Positions 19,173-27,951 of a DNA stretch of 64,000 nt are shown here, piece by piece. The notes beneath the pieces are model-generated. The model had not been told where the DNA came from. It was given only the letters and a program-made list of their open reading frames with translations, and made no database searches. Position 1 is the stretch's first letter, and the number at the start of each line of letters is the position of its first letter. The position numbers were made by a program, and so were the translations under genes. The DNA comes from Alphaproteobacteria bacterium UBA6376 (lineage in GTDB: Bacteria; Pseudomonadota; Alphaproteobacteria; Rs-D84), in assembly GCA_002437665.1 (NCBI GenBank), contig DJQW01000001.1, positions 65,304 to 129,303 of the forward strand, read 5' to 3'.

Positions 19173-20479
19173 TGAATAATAATGATACGATTTTTGCCCT
19201 GTCATCGGGGCATGGGAAAAGCGGCGTTGCCGTTATTCGCATATCTGGCGACAACCTGCGCGATTTGTTTGCGCGAATGCTGGGGCGCGGTAATTTTGAT
19301 GCGCGCCGTACATATTTTGCAAACCTGACCGATAATGCGGGCGATTTGATTGACCAAACGATATTGGTATTCTTTGCCGCGCCACATTCATTCACCGGCA
19401 CGGACGTAATCGAAATCTATTCACATGGCGCACCGGCGGTGATAAATAAAATCTTTGACTTTCTGGGGGCGACGGGTGCACGAATGGCAACCCGTGGGGA
19501 ATTTTCGCGCCGCGCATTTCTGAACGGTAAAATGGATTTGGCGGATGTCGATGGACTGGCCGCATTACTGGACGCCCAAACAGAACGCCAGCGTCGCGCC
19601 GCACTGCAATCAATGACCGGCCGCGACAGTCGTATTTACGACACATGGCGCGCGCAGATGGTTGAAATCGCCGCATACGCCGCCGCAATTTTGGACTATG
19701 CCGATGACGAATTACCAACAAATATCGGCGAAAAAATTCGTGACAAAGCGCAAAAATTATACGACGAAATTGACAATGCAATTTCGCGCTATGCCGCGTC
19801 CCGCGCTATCCGCAGTGGTTTTAACATTACACTGGCAGGTAACACAAACGCGGGTAAATCATCGTTGTTTAACCGTCTGGTTGGTGAAAATCGTGCGATT
19901 GTTTCCGACACCCCTGGGACAACACGTGATGTTGTTTCATGCACACTGGACATCGACGGGTACATGGTAAATATTTCAGATACGGCCGGCCTGCGCGATA
20001 CAGACGATGCGATTGAACAAATCGGGATTCAGCGCACAAATGACGAAATCAAAAACGCCGATTTGATTTTGCATGTAATTGATGGTGGTCAAAGTTCAGA
20101 TTTCAAAGTTCAAAGTTCAAATAATGAAATTACCGTTATAAATAAATCAGACCTGTGTGATTGCAAAAATAAAAACGATGCAATTTATGTATCGGCAAAA
20201 ACAGGCGACGGTATTGATAACCTGATGATTGCAATTCGCCGGCGCATTACCGAATTGGTGGGCACGTCCGAATCCCAACTGACCGTCAACGCGCGCACAC
20301 GTGCATTGTTGACCGATGCTCGCACAGAATTGCACGATGCAATCGCCGCCGGTGATAACTATGATATATTTTCAGAACACGTTCGCCGCGCCGCAGACGC
20401 AATCGGCAAAATTCTGGGGACAATCACCGCATCCGATGTAATGGACGCCACATTTTCACAACTGTGTTTGGGAAAATAA
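19172..20479 (+). CDS. mnmE: tRNA modification GTPase MnmE (TrmE)
   Basis: FALSSGHGKSGVAVIRISG, G-domain motifs and a C-terminal CLGK. An in-frame repeat-derived insertion lies near the G-domain (see repeat 20089-20127). Confidence 0.92.
   Translation: MNNNDTIFALSSGHGKSGVAVIRISGDNLRDLFARMLGRGNFDARRTYFANLTDNAGDLIDQTILVFFAAPHSFTGTDVIEIYSHGAPAVINKIFDFLGATGARMATRGEFSRRAFLNGKMDLADVDGLAALLDAQTERQRRAALQSMTGRDSRIYDTWRAQMVEIAAYAAAILDYADDELPTNIGEKIRDKAQKLYDEIDNAISRYAASRAIRSGFNITLAGNTNAGKSSLFNRLVGENRAIVSDTPGTTRDVVSCTLDIDGYMVNISDTAGLRDTDDAIEQIGIQRTNDEIKNADLILHVIDGGQSSDFKVQSSNNEITVINKSDLCDCKNKNDAIYVSAKTGDGIDNLMIAIRRRITELVGTSESQLTVNARTRALLTDARTELHDAIAAGDNYDIFSEHVRRAADAIGKILGTITASDVMDATFSQLCLGK
20089..20127. 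repeat. fragment of the family-A repeat inserted in frame inside mnmE
   Basis: ttcagatttcaaagttcaaagttcaaataatg matches the arm caaagttcaaagtgcaaataatg of the element at 9012. It encodes an extra QSSDFKVQSSNNE. Confidence 0.65.
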
Positions 20480-20510
20480 AAAAACACCGGCATTTGCCGG
20501 TGTTTTTTTA
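20477..20510. terminator. bidirectional terminator between mnmE and the outer-membrane protein gene
   Basis: acaccggcatttgccggtgt hairpin with flanking A and T runs. A nearly identical hairpin is at 54346. Confidence 0.65.
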
Positions 20511-20518
20511 TTACAATC

Positions 20519-21166
20519 TCAGAACGTATATCTCAATCCAAAATCAATGCTATATGCCCCCTGCAAATCGGCCTTGGCTGATGCATTCAAACCAATAAAC
20601 GTCAGCATTACATTCCACCCAAACCCATTGATTGATGTTTCACTAACCAGACCTAATTTTAATACGCCCATAGCCCCATCATCAGAAACAGAATCTTCAT
20701 ATGTATAATAATAACTTTTTGCTTTTGCTGTTTCGTGCAACCACGAATGTCCAACACCAACTGAAATTAAAAAATCTGAACGCGGTTCTGAATCACCAGA
20801 CAAACGAATATAATTATCATAAGAAAAATAAAGTGTGGTCAAATCCATTGTTCCTTCAAACGTGGAATTGTCATACCAATCTGAACCATTTACAACATCG
20901 CCCAACGTTGGCATATATGACAATGTTGCCGTAACACCACCATTATAAATATTTTCACGTTCTCCAAAACGCATACCACCAGATACAGACAACGCAACAC
21001 CGCCGCTATCATCTTCAAACGTATCATCATCAATAGAATCATTTATATCATCAGAAAATGTTGGGCCGGCATAGCCAATATTTGCACCCACAAACCATTT
21101 CAAATCCGCCATTGCAGGCATTGTCAGAATTGATAACAATCCTGTTGTTAAAAATAACTTTTTCAT
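20519..21166 (-). CDS. outer-membrane beta-barrel protein (OmpA-like/OmpW-like barrel domain)
   Basis: Signal peptide MKKLFLTTGLLSILTMPAMA. Alternating hydrophobic beta strands. C-terminal ...GLRYTF with terminal Phe. Start refined to MKKLF. Confidence 0.6.
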   Translation of the reverse strand: MKKLFLTTGLLSILTMPAMADLKWFVGANIGYAGPTFSDDINDSIDDDTFEDDSGGVALSVSGGMRFGERENIYNGGVTATLSYMPTLGDVVNGSDWYDNSTFEGTMDLTTLYFSYDNYIRLSGDSEPRSDFLISVGVGHSWLHETAKAKSYYYTYEDSVSDDGAMGVLKLGLVSETSINGFGWNVMLTFIGLNASAKADLQGAYSIDFGLRYTF

Positions 21167-21320
21167 TTCACACCCCGTTCGTGCTTTATTAAATAAAAAC
21201 CACATTGGAATACCAAAGTGGTTGGAGGTTGAATACTATTATTTACGGAATAGTGTCGCTTATTCTGATATATCGCGACCCTCCAACCATCAAATATGAT
21301 TGGAGGTGTTTTTTGTCCCC
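21167..21320 (-). promoter_or_regulatory. structured 5' leader (same architecture as 1732-1875)
   Basis: Minus strand: CCTCCAATCA..TGATGGTTGGAGGGT, a loop of about 47 nt, AACCTCCAACCAC, then CCAC..GTGG plus a U-tract, then GGGGTGTGAA ATG. Confidence 0.45.
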
Positions 21321-21419
21321 ACGGACACGTAAATAGAGGGTATTCACACCCTGCACCATTTCTATGGTACACCGTGATTATATTCTATGGCACATTCAAA
21401 TTCCAGATAAAATTTGTGC

Positions 21420-21640
21420 TGATTTCAAAAACAAAAACCGCCCATCAGGGCGGTCTAAATATAAAATAAACTGTTCATTGTGCCGACTGCGCGGGTTTCA
21501 TGCGGCGTAAAAACAAACCGCCCATCAGGGCGGCCTAAATTAAAGAGAACGGTGCAGATGCGCCGATGTCGGCAAGCGTAGTGTATATGTAATACATGAG
21601 CGCGCCGACATCAAGCAGATGTGCCGTTATATTTAATTTA
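21420..21640. repeat. two copies of aaaccgcccatcagggcgg(t/c)ctaaat hairpin repeat plus a palindromic element with gcgtagtgta..tacatgagc core
   Basis: Direct repeats about 100 bp apart. The palindrome cggtgcagatgcgccgatgtcggc...gccgacatcaagcagatgtgccg has a core related to the elements at 2100-2280. Confidence 0.65.
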
Positions 21641-23218
21641 TTCCTTGCGGATTGGGTATTTACCGTCTATCAAATTCTGCCGCACCACATGATGTTTTAC
21701 CTTTTGTGTGCTGGTCATTGGCAGTTCGTCGGTCGTCATGGCAAAGTGCGTTACCCATTTATATGACGCAACCTTTTTGTTCGCCTGTGCAATGGCGGCG
21801 GACAATTTTTCCATTGTCATATCTTTGTCAACGCTGAACACGCCATAGGTCACGGTTTTATCTTTGACCCGATGTTCAAACACGGCAACATTTTTGACGC
21901 CTGGGATTTTCATAAACAGCCCTTCCAGTTCATCTGGATAAACGTTTTTACCACTGTCCAAAACAATCACTTGTTTTTTACGGCCGGCAAAATGCAATTC
22001 GCCGTTTTTGTCCATCGACACCATGTCACCCGTGTTAAAGAATCCGCGTTCATCAAACACCTGTTCGTTGACGGTTGGATTATTCAGATAACCACCAAAC
22101 ACCTGATGACCACGCAGCCACAGAACGCCCACGCCATCTTCGTTTTTATCACGAATTTCGCATTCGTTGTTTGATGTTGGCGCACCAAATGCAAACGGGA
22201 AACGTTTTTTGGTCGGTTTGGAAATACAGATTGGCCCAACGGTTTCTGTCAGACCGTAACCCTGAATAAATGTCAGCCCCAAACGTTCATAGAACTTTTC
22301 CACCTCTGGCTTGGTCGCCGCACCGCCCGCAATCAGCAAACGCGCACGTCCACCAAAGATTTCCAGAACCGGTTTTTGAACCTTGCGCACCAGAAATCCC
22401 AATCCCAGTTTTTCCAATGTTTTTCCGTATTTCAGAACGAACGACGCCATCCACCACATGTGTTTTTCTTTCAGTGCATCGATAATGCGATTTCTGATAA
22501 CCTCAAACAAACGGGGTACGGCCGGAATAATTTGTGGTTTGTACTTTTTGAAATCCGCCATGATTTCTTTTGGATTGACGGTTGGTTGCAACAGCATACC
22601 CGACCCATAGTGCAACGTGGCCAAGATTTCAACTGCGAAACCAAAGATGTGATACATCGGCAAGAAACCATACATGATATCGCCCGCGTTTATCCATTCG
22701 TGCATATCTTCCAATGAATTTGCGCATTCAATCAGGTTAAAGTGTGTAAGCGGCACAACCTTGGGCGTGCCGGTTGAACCCGATGTGAACGACAACGTTG
22801 CAATTTCGGTCGATTCCACCGGCGCGGCGGTCAAATCCGGATTTGGCTTGCCATCTTTCTTGGTAATGTCATAGAAAGTGAATTTGTCTGTCTTGTAAAA
22901 GAATGACTTTTCCGCGCAAACCATTTTGCACTTTGTGATTTCCGCCATATTGTCATATTCAAATGGTGTCAGATTTGTGTCCAGCAACAACACACGTCCG
23001 CCCAAATACCAAATTGCAAACATGGTAATTGGGAATTGTGGTATATTGTGCGACAGCACACCAACAACATCGCCACGTTCAATCCCCGCCGCATGCAGTG
23101 ATGCCGCGCGCGCCTTGACCAAATCCAAGAACGCTGAAAACGTTACTTCTTCGCGAACCAGAATCAAATAATCTGGCCATGTTGCGACTGCCTTTTCCAG
23201 CAGTTGATACATATTCAT
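21638..23218 (-). CDS. long-chain fatty-acid--CoA ligase (AMP-dependent synthetase/ligase family)
   Basis: AMP-binding motif SFTSGSTGTPKVV, an adenylation core and C-terminal TSTQKVKH. Start chosen at MNMYQLLEKA, because the 54 upstream codons look non-coding. Confidence 0.8.
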   Translation of the reverse strand: MNMYQLLEKAVATWPDYLILVREEVTFSAFLDLVKARAASLHAAGIERGDVVGVLSHNIPQFPITMFAIWYLGGRVLLLDTNLTPFEYDNMAEITKCKMVCAEKSFFYKTDKFTFYDITKKDGKPNPDLTAAPVESTEIATLSFTSGSTGTPKVVPLTHFNLIECANSLEDMHEWINAGDIMYGFLPMYHIFGFAVEILATLHYGSGMLLQPTVNPKEIMADFKKYKPQIIPAVPRLFEVIRNRIIDALKEKHMWWMASFVLKYGKTLEKLGLGFLVRKVQKPVLEIFGGRARLLIAGGAATKPEVEKFYERLGLTFIQGYGLTETVGPICISKPTKKRFPFAFGAPTSNNECEIRDKNEDGVGVLWLRGHQVFGGYLNNPTVNEQVFDERGFFNTGDMVSMDKNGELHFAGRKKQVIVLDSGKNVYPDELEGLFMKIPGVKNVAVFEHRVKDKTVTYGVFSVDKDMTMEKLSAAIAQANKKVASYKWVTHFAMTTDELPMTSTQKVKHHVVRQNLIDGKYPIRKE

Positions 23219-23288
23219 CTTACAAATTTCCTTGTTTTTTTTATATTGGACTGCCAGTATTATATAACCAAAGGAAAAGATTGCAAAT

Positions 23289-24059
23289 ATGAAAATTCTG
23301 ACATTAAATATAAATTCAATTCGTGCCCATGCCGAGAGTTTTATTGACATTCTGCGCGCGGGCGAATATGACACAATCATGGTTCAGGAATTAAAGGTCG
23401 AAACCGCCGGATTTCCGCACAACCTGTTTGACGAATACGGCTATAATATCAAGGTTTTTGGCCAAAAGAGTTGGAACGGCGTTGCAACTTTTTCCAAATG
23501 TTCTATCGAAGATGTAACAATGGGTATGCCCACATATTCCGACGTAAACGCACGATTCTTGGAATGCGTCGTCGATGGACGTGTGCGCCTGATAAACGTG
23601 TATATGCCAAATGGCGACACAATCGATTCACCGAAATTCCCGTACAAGATGGAATGGCTGGCGGCATTTACAAAATACATTGAACAATATTTGCATTCCC
23701 CAGAACCCGTTATCGTCGGTGGCGATTTTAACATCGCATTGACAGACCGTGACGTATGGAAACCGGCGAACTATACAAACATCGCCATTGCCGCACCGGC
23801 CGCACGCGCCGTAATGCAATCGTGGATTGATGCCGGCTGGACGGACGTATGGCGCACCATGCACCCAGACGAAATTGCATACACTTGGTTTGGATACCGC
23901 GGTGGCGATACGATTGGCAAAAACATGGGATTGCGGTTGGATTATTTCTTGGCCAATCCCGCGGCAATGCAGATGATTAAAAATTGTGAAATTGATACCG
24001 CACCACGTATGGCGACAAAGCCAACCGATCATTGCGGATTGATGTTGACAATTAAATAA
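23289..24059 (+). CDS. xth: exodeoxyribonuclease III
   Basis: MKILTLNINSIRAH and C-terminal DHCGL are typical of Xth-family AP endonucleases. Confidence 0.9.
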   Translation: MKILTLNINSIRAHAESFIDILRAGEYDTIMVQELKVETAGFPHNLFDEYGYNIKVFGQKSWNGVATFSKCSIEDVTMGMPTYSDVNARFLECVVDGRVRLINVYMPNGDTIDSPKFPYKMEWLAAFTKYIEQYLHSPEPVIVGGDFNIALTDRDVWKPANYTNIAIAAPAARAVMQSWIDAGWTDVWRTMHPDEIAYTWFGYRGGDTIGKNMGLRLDYFLANPAAMQMIKNCEIDTAPRMATKPTDHCGLMLTIK

Positions 24060-24061
24060 TA

Positions 24062-26572
24062 TCAGTCACGGTTGCGCGCCAAATCATCATAGATATGATA
24101 TTTTTGGTCACCGGTTTCCCTGTACTCATACGGCGCACCACCCGCAGAATACATATTAAATAATTCTGTTGTTTTTTCGACCGCCGCCGCAATCATTTGT
24201 GCCGTGTCGTCCGCGCTGTATTCAATCGGTTTTACCGCCCCACTCTTTAATTGTAAAAACACCATCACAGGCGTGCGTGATTTTTCAGTTGTCGGAATCG
24301 TGAACCCGCCGGATTGCAGTATATACGCCTCTAAGGGTAACTGTGGCATAGTCCCTTCGACCAGTTTATTTTTCGTTGGCGGCGTACCAGTTTTAATATC
24401 TAACACCCCACCGTCCCAAATACGATCCGCGCGTGCGCGAACATTGCGTCCCGCAATATTTACCACACCCGCCGTTTCTGCAACCGATGGTGGCAAAGCA
24501 TTCAAATATTCCAACGCCACCGGCGCGATTTCCAAGAATCGTTTATGCCAGAAATGATATATTATGCTGTCCGCGCCCAGAATATTGCGCGCACGCGCGT
24601 CCATATCGGCAACCAACGCCGCCGCATCTTTATTAGCAAATGATTCTAACGCCGCATGCACCAAATCACCAAACTGGCGCGCATCAGGTGTGGCCCAGTA
24701 ATCATCCAACACGCGCAATTTCAAAATATGATTTACATAAAATGTGTATGGGTTGTGTATCAATTTTTCCAACGCCGTCACATATACATCAGACCAATCG
24801 GCGGGTGGCACGGGCGCGCTGTAATCCAGTGGGCGGGGCGCGACATCATCACGGGCGCGCACCACGCGCAAAATATCCGCGCCCACCGCCGTATCAAACG
24901 CACCACCACGTGCACGCACGCGTGATATAAAACGCGATTCCGCCGTCTGAACACCACCGGACGCGCCACTGCGTGTCCAATACACATCCGCCCCACACGA
25001 CAGATTCATAAAATCCAACGCCTGCAAAGAAACCTTTCTGTCGGCAGATGGCAATCCAATCTGCGTCGCCAAACGTACGGGCAACCATGCGTTCTCAAAA
25101 CCGCGCGCGGGAAACATCCCCTCGTTCAAGCCGGTTAAAATCACAACATCGGCGGTCTGCATACGTGATTCGATTGTCCCCAAAACAACCACGCGCGCCG
25201 CACTGTTCATCGCGCCACGCACCGATACGCCGGAAATCGCATCTGTTAAAAAAGCATACGCATCAGACAATGATAATTTTATATCGGCATCGCGAATACA
25301 ATCAGACATATTCTTTATCGCCGCCCAAATTTGCATTGATGCCGCATCAGATATATCAAACGCCGGTGCAAACATGTCACGATTTTCGTCCACCATGCGC
25401 ACAATCATTTCAAACAAGTTACCGTCCGCCGCCGCATACAACCGTTCAAACGTCGCATTGTCACCCGCATCAATCCAATCTGAAAATACATTCAGAATAC
25501 CGCGACCGGTATTTGTCATTGTACCGGAAATGCCCCCTGAAAAGTCCGCATCAATCCCACACGCACGCAATGCAAATGCCGCACGCTGGTTACCCGCCGC
25601 ATCGGGCGTAATAATTAAAACAGATTTGTTTTCATGCGTCGCGCGCGATGCAATTTCCGCAACAACGGCGGCCTCTTCACTTTCGCGGGCGCATTCAATC
25701 AAATGACAATGACGCACCATCGCACCATCATCTGGGATTTGTGGATTATTGCTGAATGCATAGTTCAAGAAATCAATCGGTGACGCGCCGACATCAATCG
25801 GTTGCACATCTGATTCCGCCAATCCCAATGATGCCAGAAATTTATACTCGGCATTATACGGATGCGTCGCGCGCACTAAATCGCCCTCAGTCCCAGAATA
25901 TTTACCAGACAAAATTATTCGCCCATGTGGCGCACGCGCCACCGCACGCATTAAATCCGCGGTTGCGGGTACACTGGCGGTTGATGCACATACAACAACC
26001 AAATCATAATCGTTCAGATGCGCCGTCCAACCACGTATCGCGGCATTGCGCGCGGCGGTCTGGGTCGGTCGCCCCGCATAGTACGCCGGCAACACACGTG
26101 TGATAATTTCCAGTAATTTCGCCTTGTGCTGAAAATGCGCTGCATATTCGTCGCCGACCAGCGCATTCCAATCAATCGTACTGGCGTCCACCCCTTCGTT
26201 TTCCAGATAGTCCGTCATACGCACCAAATCGCGCGCCACCGGCAATGCCGTTGTAATATTTTTTATACTGGCGTCGGCGGCCAATAATTTTGCCAGCATA
26301 ACGACGCGCGCCATATTTGAAATTGTGTCACACGCAATATCATCATCAACCTCGTCAGGTGCACCTTCGCCCAATGCGACCAGTTCCGGCAAAATCACCG
26401 CCCCACCCGATTTTTCCGCCAGCATTTTTTCCACCGTGCGCACGGCGCGACGGCTGGGCAAAAATATCAACATACGCGATAAATCCACACCCGACGCAGA
26501 TAACACATGCCACAGCGCATCTGACATCTTCGCAGGATTTGTTGCACAAAAGATATTTTTATTTGATTCCAA
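24062..26572 (-). CDS. AddB-like double-strand break repair nuclease (PD-(D/E)XK family)
   Basis: 836 aa. C-terminal RADRIWDGGVLDIKTG...PQLPLEAYIL nuclease motif. N-terminal degenerate helicase-like region. No adjacent addA. Confidence 0.55.
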   Translation of the reverse strand: MESNKNIFCATNPAKMSDALWHVLSASGVDLSRMLIFLPSRRAVRTVEKMLAEKSGGAVILPELVALGEGAPDEVDDDIACDTISNMARVVMLAKLLAADASIKNITTALPVARDLVRMTDYLENEGVDASTIDWNALVGDEYAAHFQHKAKLLEIITRVLPAYYAGRPTQTAARNAAIRGWTAHLNDYDLVVVCASTASVPATADLMRAVARAPHGRIILSGKYSGTEGDLVRATHPYNAEYKFLASLGLAESDVQPIDVGASPIDFLNYAFSNNPQIPDDGAMVRHCHLIECARESEEAAVVAEIASRATHENKSVLIITPDAAGNQRAAFALRACGIDADFSGGISGTMTNTGRGILNVFSDWIDAGDNATFERLYAAADGNLFEMIVRMVDENRDMFAPAFDISDAASMQIWAAIKNMSDCIRDADIKLSLSDAYAFLTDAISGVSVRGAMNSAARVVVLGTIESRMQTADVVILTGLNEGMFPARGFENAWLPVRLATQIGLPSADRKVSLQALDFMNLSCGADVYWTRSGASGGVQTAESRFISRVRARGGAFDTAVGADILRVVRARDDVAPRPLDYSAPVPPADWSDVYVTALEKLIHNPYTFYVNHILKLRVLDDYWATPDARQFGDLVHAALESFANKDAAALVADMDARARNILGADSIIYHFWHKRFLEIAPVALEYLNALPPSVAETAGVVNIAGRNVRARADRIWDGGVLDIKTGTPPTKNKLVEGTMPQLPLEAYILQSGGFTIPTTEKSRTPVMVFLQLKSGAVKPIEYSADDTAQMIAAAVEKTTELFNMYSAGGAPYEYRETGDQKYHIYDDLARNRD

Positions 26573-27110
26573 TTTGCGCCCTTATGGCCTCTAACCCAAA
26601 TTTCTTTTCGGCCGATGTTTCCAGAATTTCTGCCATCATTGCGGGATGATTTTCGTGTGACAATGCGTGCTGCTGCTCTTCGCGAACGCGCTTGTCCTTT
26701 TTGGTCATAACAACCTGATACCCGATACCATGCGCATCACAGAAATCCATTAAATCCAAATCAGACGCACGCGCACCAATTCGCGAATCAATCAATATAT
26801 ACAGACGCGCCAACTTGCGTGTCATCAGGTATTCTTCCAATCGGGCCAGCCACCGCATTGCGTCCGCACGTGACGCGCGCGCATAACCGTACCCCGGCAA
26901 ATCAACAATCATTGCACGATCGTCCAAGTTAAATAAGTTGATTGTCTGTGTCCGCCCAGGGGTATTTGATGTACGCGCAACATTTTGCCCGACAACCGCA
27001 TTTATCAGCGACGATTTACCAACATTACTGCGCCCAATAAACGCATATTCTGGGAACTGGGTACGTGGCAATGACGCAACCGTTTCAAAACCACCAACAA
27101 ATCTAATCAT
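26559..27110 (-). CDS. engB: ribosome biogenesis GTP-binding protein YihA/EngB
   Basis: GRSNVGKSSLINA G1 motif and DLPGYGY. Confidence 0.9.
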   Translation of the reverse strand: MIRFVGGFETVASLPRTQFPEYAFIGRSNVGKSSLINAVVGQNVARTSNTPGRTQTINLFNLDDRAMIVDLPGYGYARASRADAMRWLARLEEYLMTRKLARLYILIDSRIGARASDLDLMDFCDAHGIGYQVVMTKKDKRVREEQQHALSHENHPAMMAEILETSAEKKFGLEAIRAQIGIK

Positions 27111-27903
27111 GCGTGTCCCCTTTGTCCAACAGGCGGCGATACGCCTCTTTCTTGGAAATACCGGTGCGCGCAGCCAAATCTGCCGCCGCAGATTTCATAG
27201 ATGTGCCCGCAATGTCATTTACAATTTCGGTAATTTCATCGTCCGTCATCTTGTGTTCAGGCGCGGGCGCAACAACAATCACAATTTCACCACGCGGTGG
27301 TTCAATCCCCACCAAATCCGCAGGATATCCGATAATGGTTTCCTCGTGAATCTTGGTAATTTCGCGCACGATTGCAATCTGGCGTTCGGGCATAACACGC
27401 GCCAACGCCGCAATGGTTGCCATAATGCGATTAGGACTCTCGTAATAAATAATCGTATGACGAATTTTGTTATCATCACGTAATTTCTTTTCATCAAAGA
27501 AACCACAGAACGTAAATCTGTCTGATGGAAATCCCGACAGCACCAGCGCAGAAACAAATGCTGTTGGCCCCGGCACAACAAAGACCGGAATGTCCGCCGC
27601 ACGTGCCGCACGAACCAATCTAAACCCTGGGTCAGACACCGCCGGCATCCCCGCGTCAGACACGGCCGCAATTGTCGCCCCGCCCCGCAATTTTTCAATC
27701 AGTTCCGGCACAACATCACGTTCATTATGATCATGGCATGCAACCCGTGGGGTTTTAATATCAAAATGCGATGCCAATTTGCCAAACACACGCGTATCTT
27801 CGGCGGCAATCAAATCCGCGTTCTGCAAAACCTCTATCGCGCGTGGCGACATATCAGACAAATTTCCAATCGGCGTTCCAACAACATAAAGCCCTGTTTG
27901 CAT
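27103..27903 (-). CDS. rsmI: 16S rRNA (cytidine1402-2'-O)-methyltransferase RsmI
   Basis: LYVVGTPIGNLSDMSPRAIEVLQNADLIAAEDTR. Confidence 0.9.
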   Translation of the reverse strand: MQTGLYVVGTPIGNLSDMSPRAIEVLQNADLIAAEDTRVFGKLASHFDIKTPRVACHDHNERDVVPELIEKLRGGATIAAVSDAGMPAVSDPGFRLVRAARAADIPVFVVPGPTAFVSALVLSGFPSDRFTFCGFFDEKKLRDDNKIRHTIIYYESPNRIMATIAALARVMPERQIAIVREITKIHEETIIGYPADLVGIEPPRGEIVIVVAPAPEHKMTDDEITEIVNDIAGTSMKSAAADLAARTGISKKEAYRRLLDKGDTHD

Positions 27904-27951
27904 TCGTAATCCTTTTATAGTAAAATAATACCAAACAGAACGGATTTTTCA

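Noticed and set aside
23219-23380. Longer N-terminal extension of the acyl-CoA ligase (ORF start at 23380)
   Set aside because: The 54 extra codons are hydrophobic and low-complexity and run into the xth promoter region. The internal Met (MNMYQLLEKA) gives a typical ligase N-terminus.
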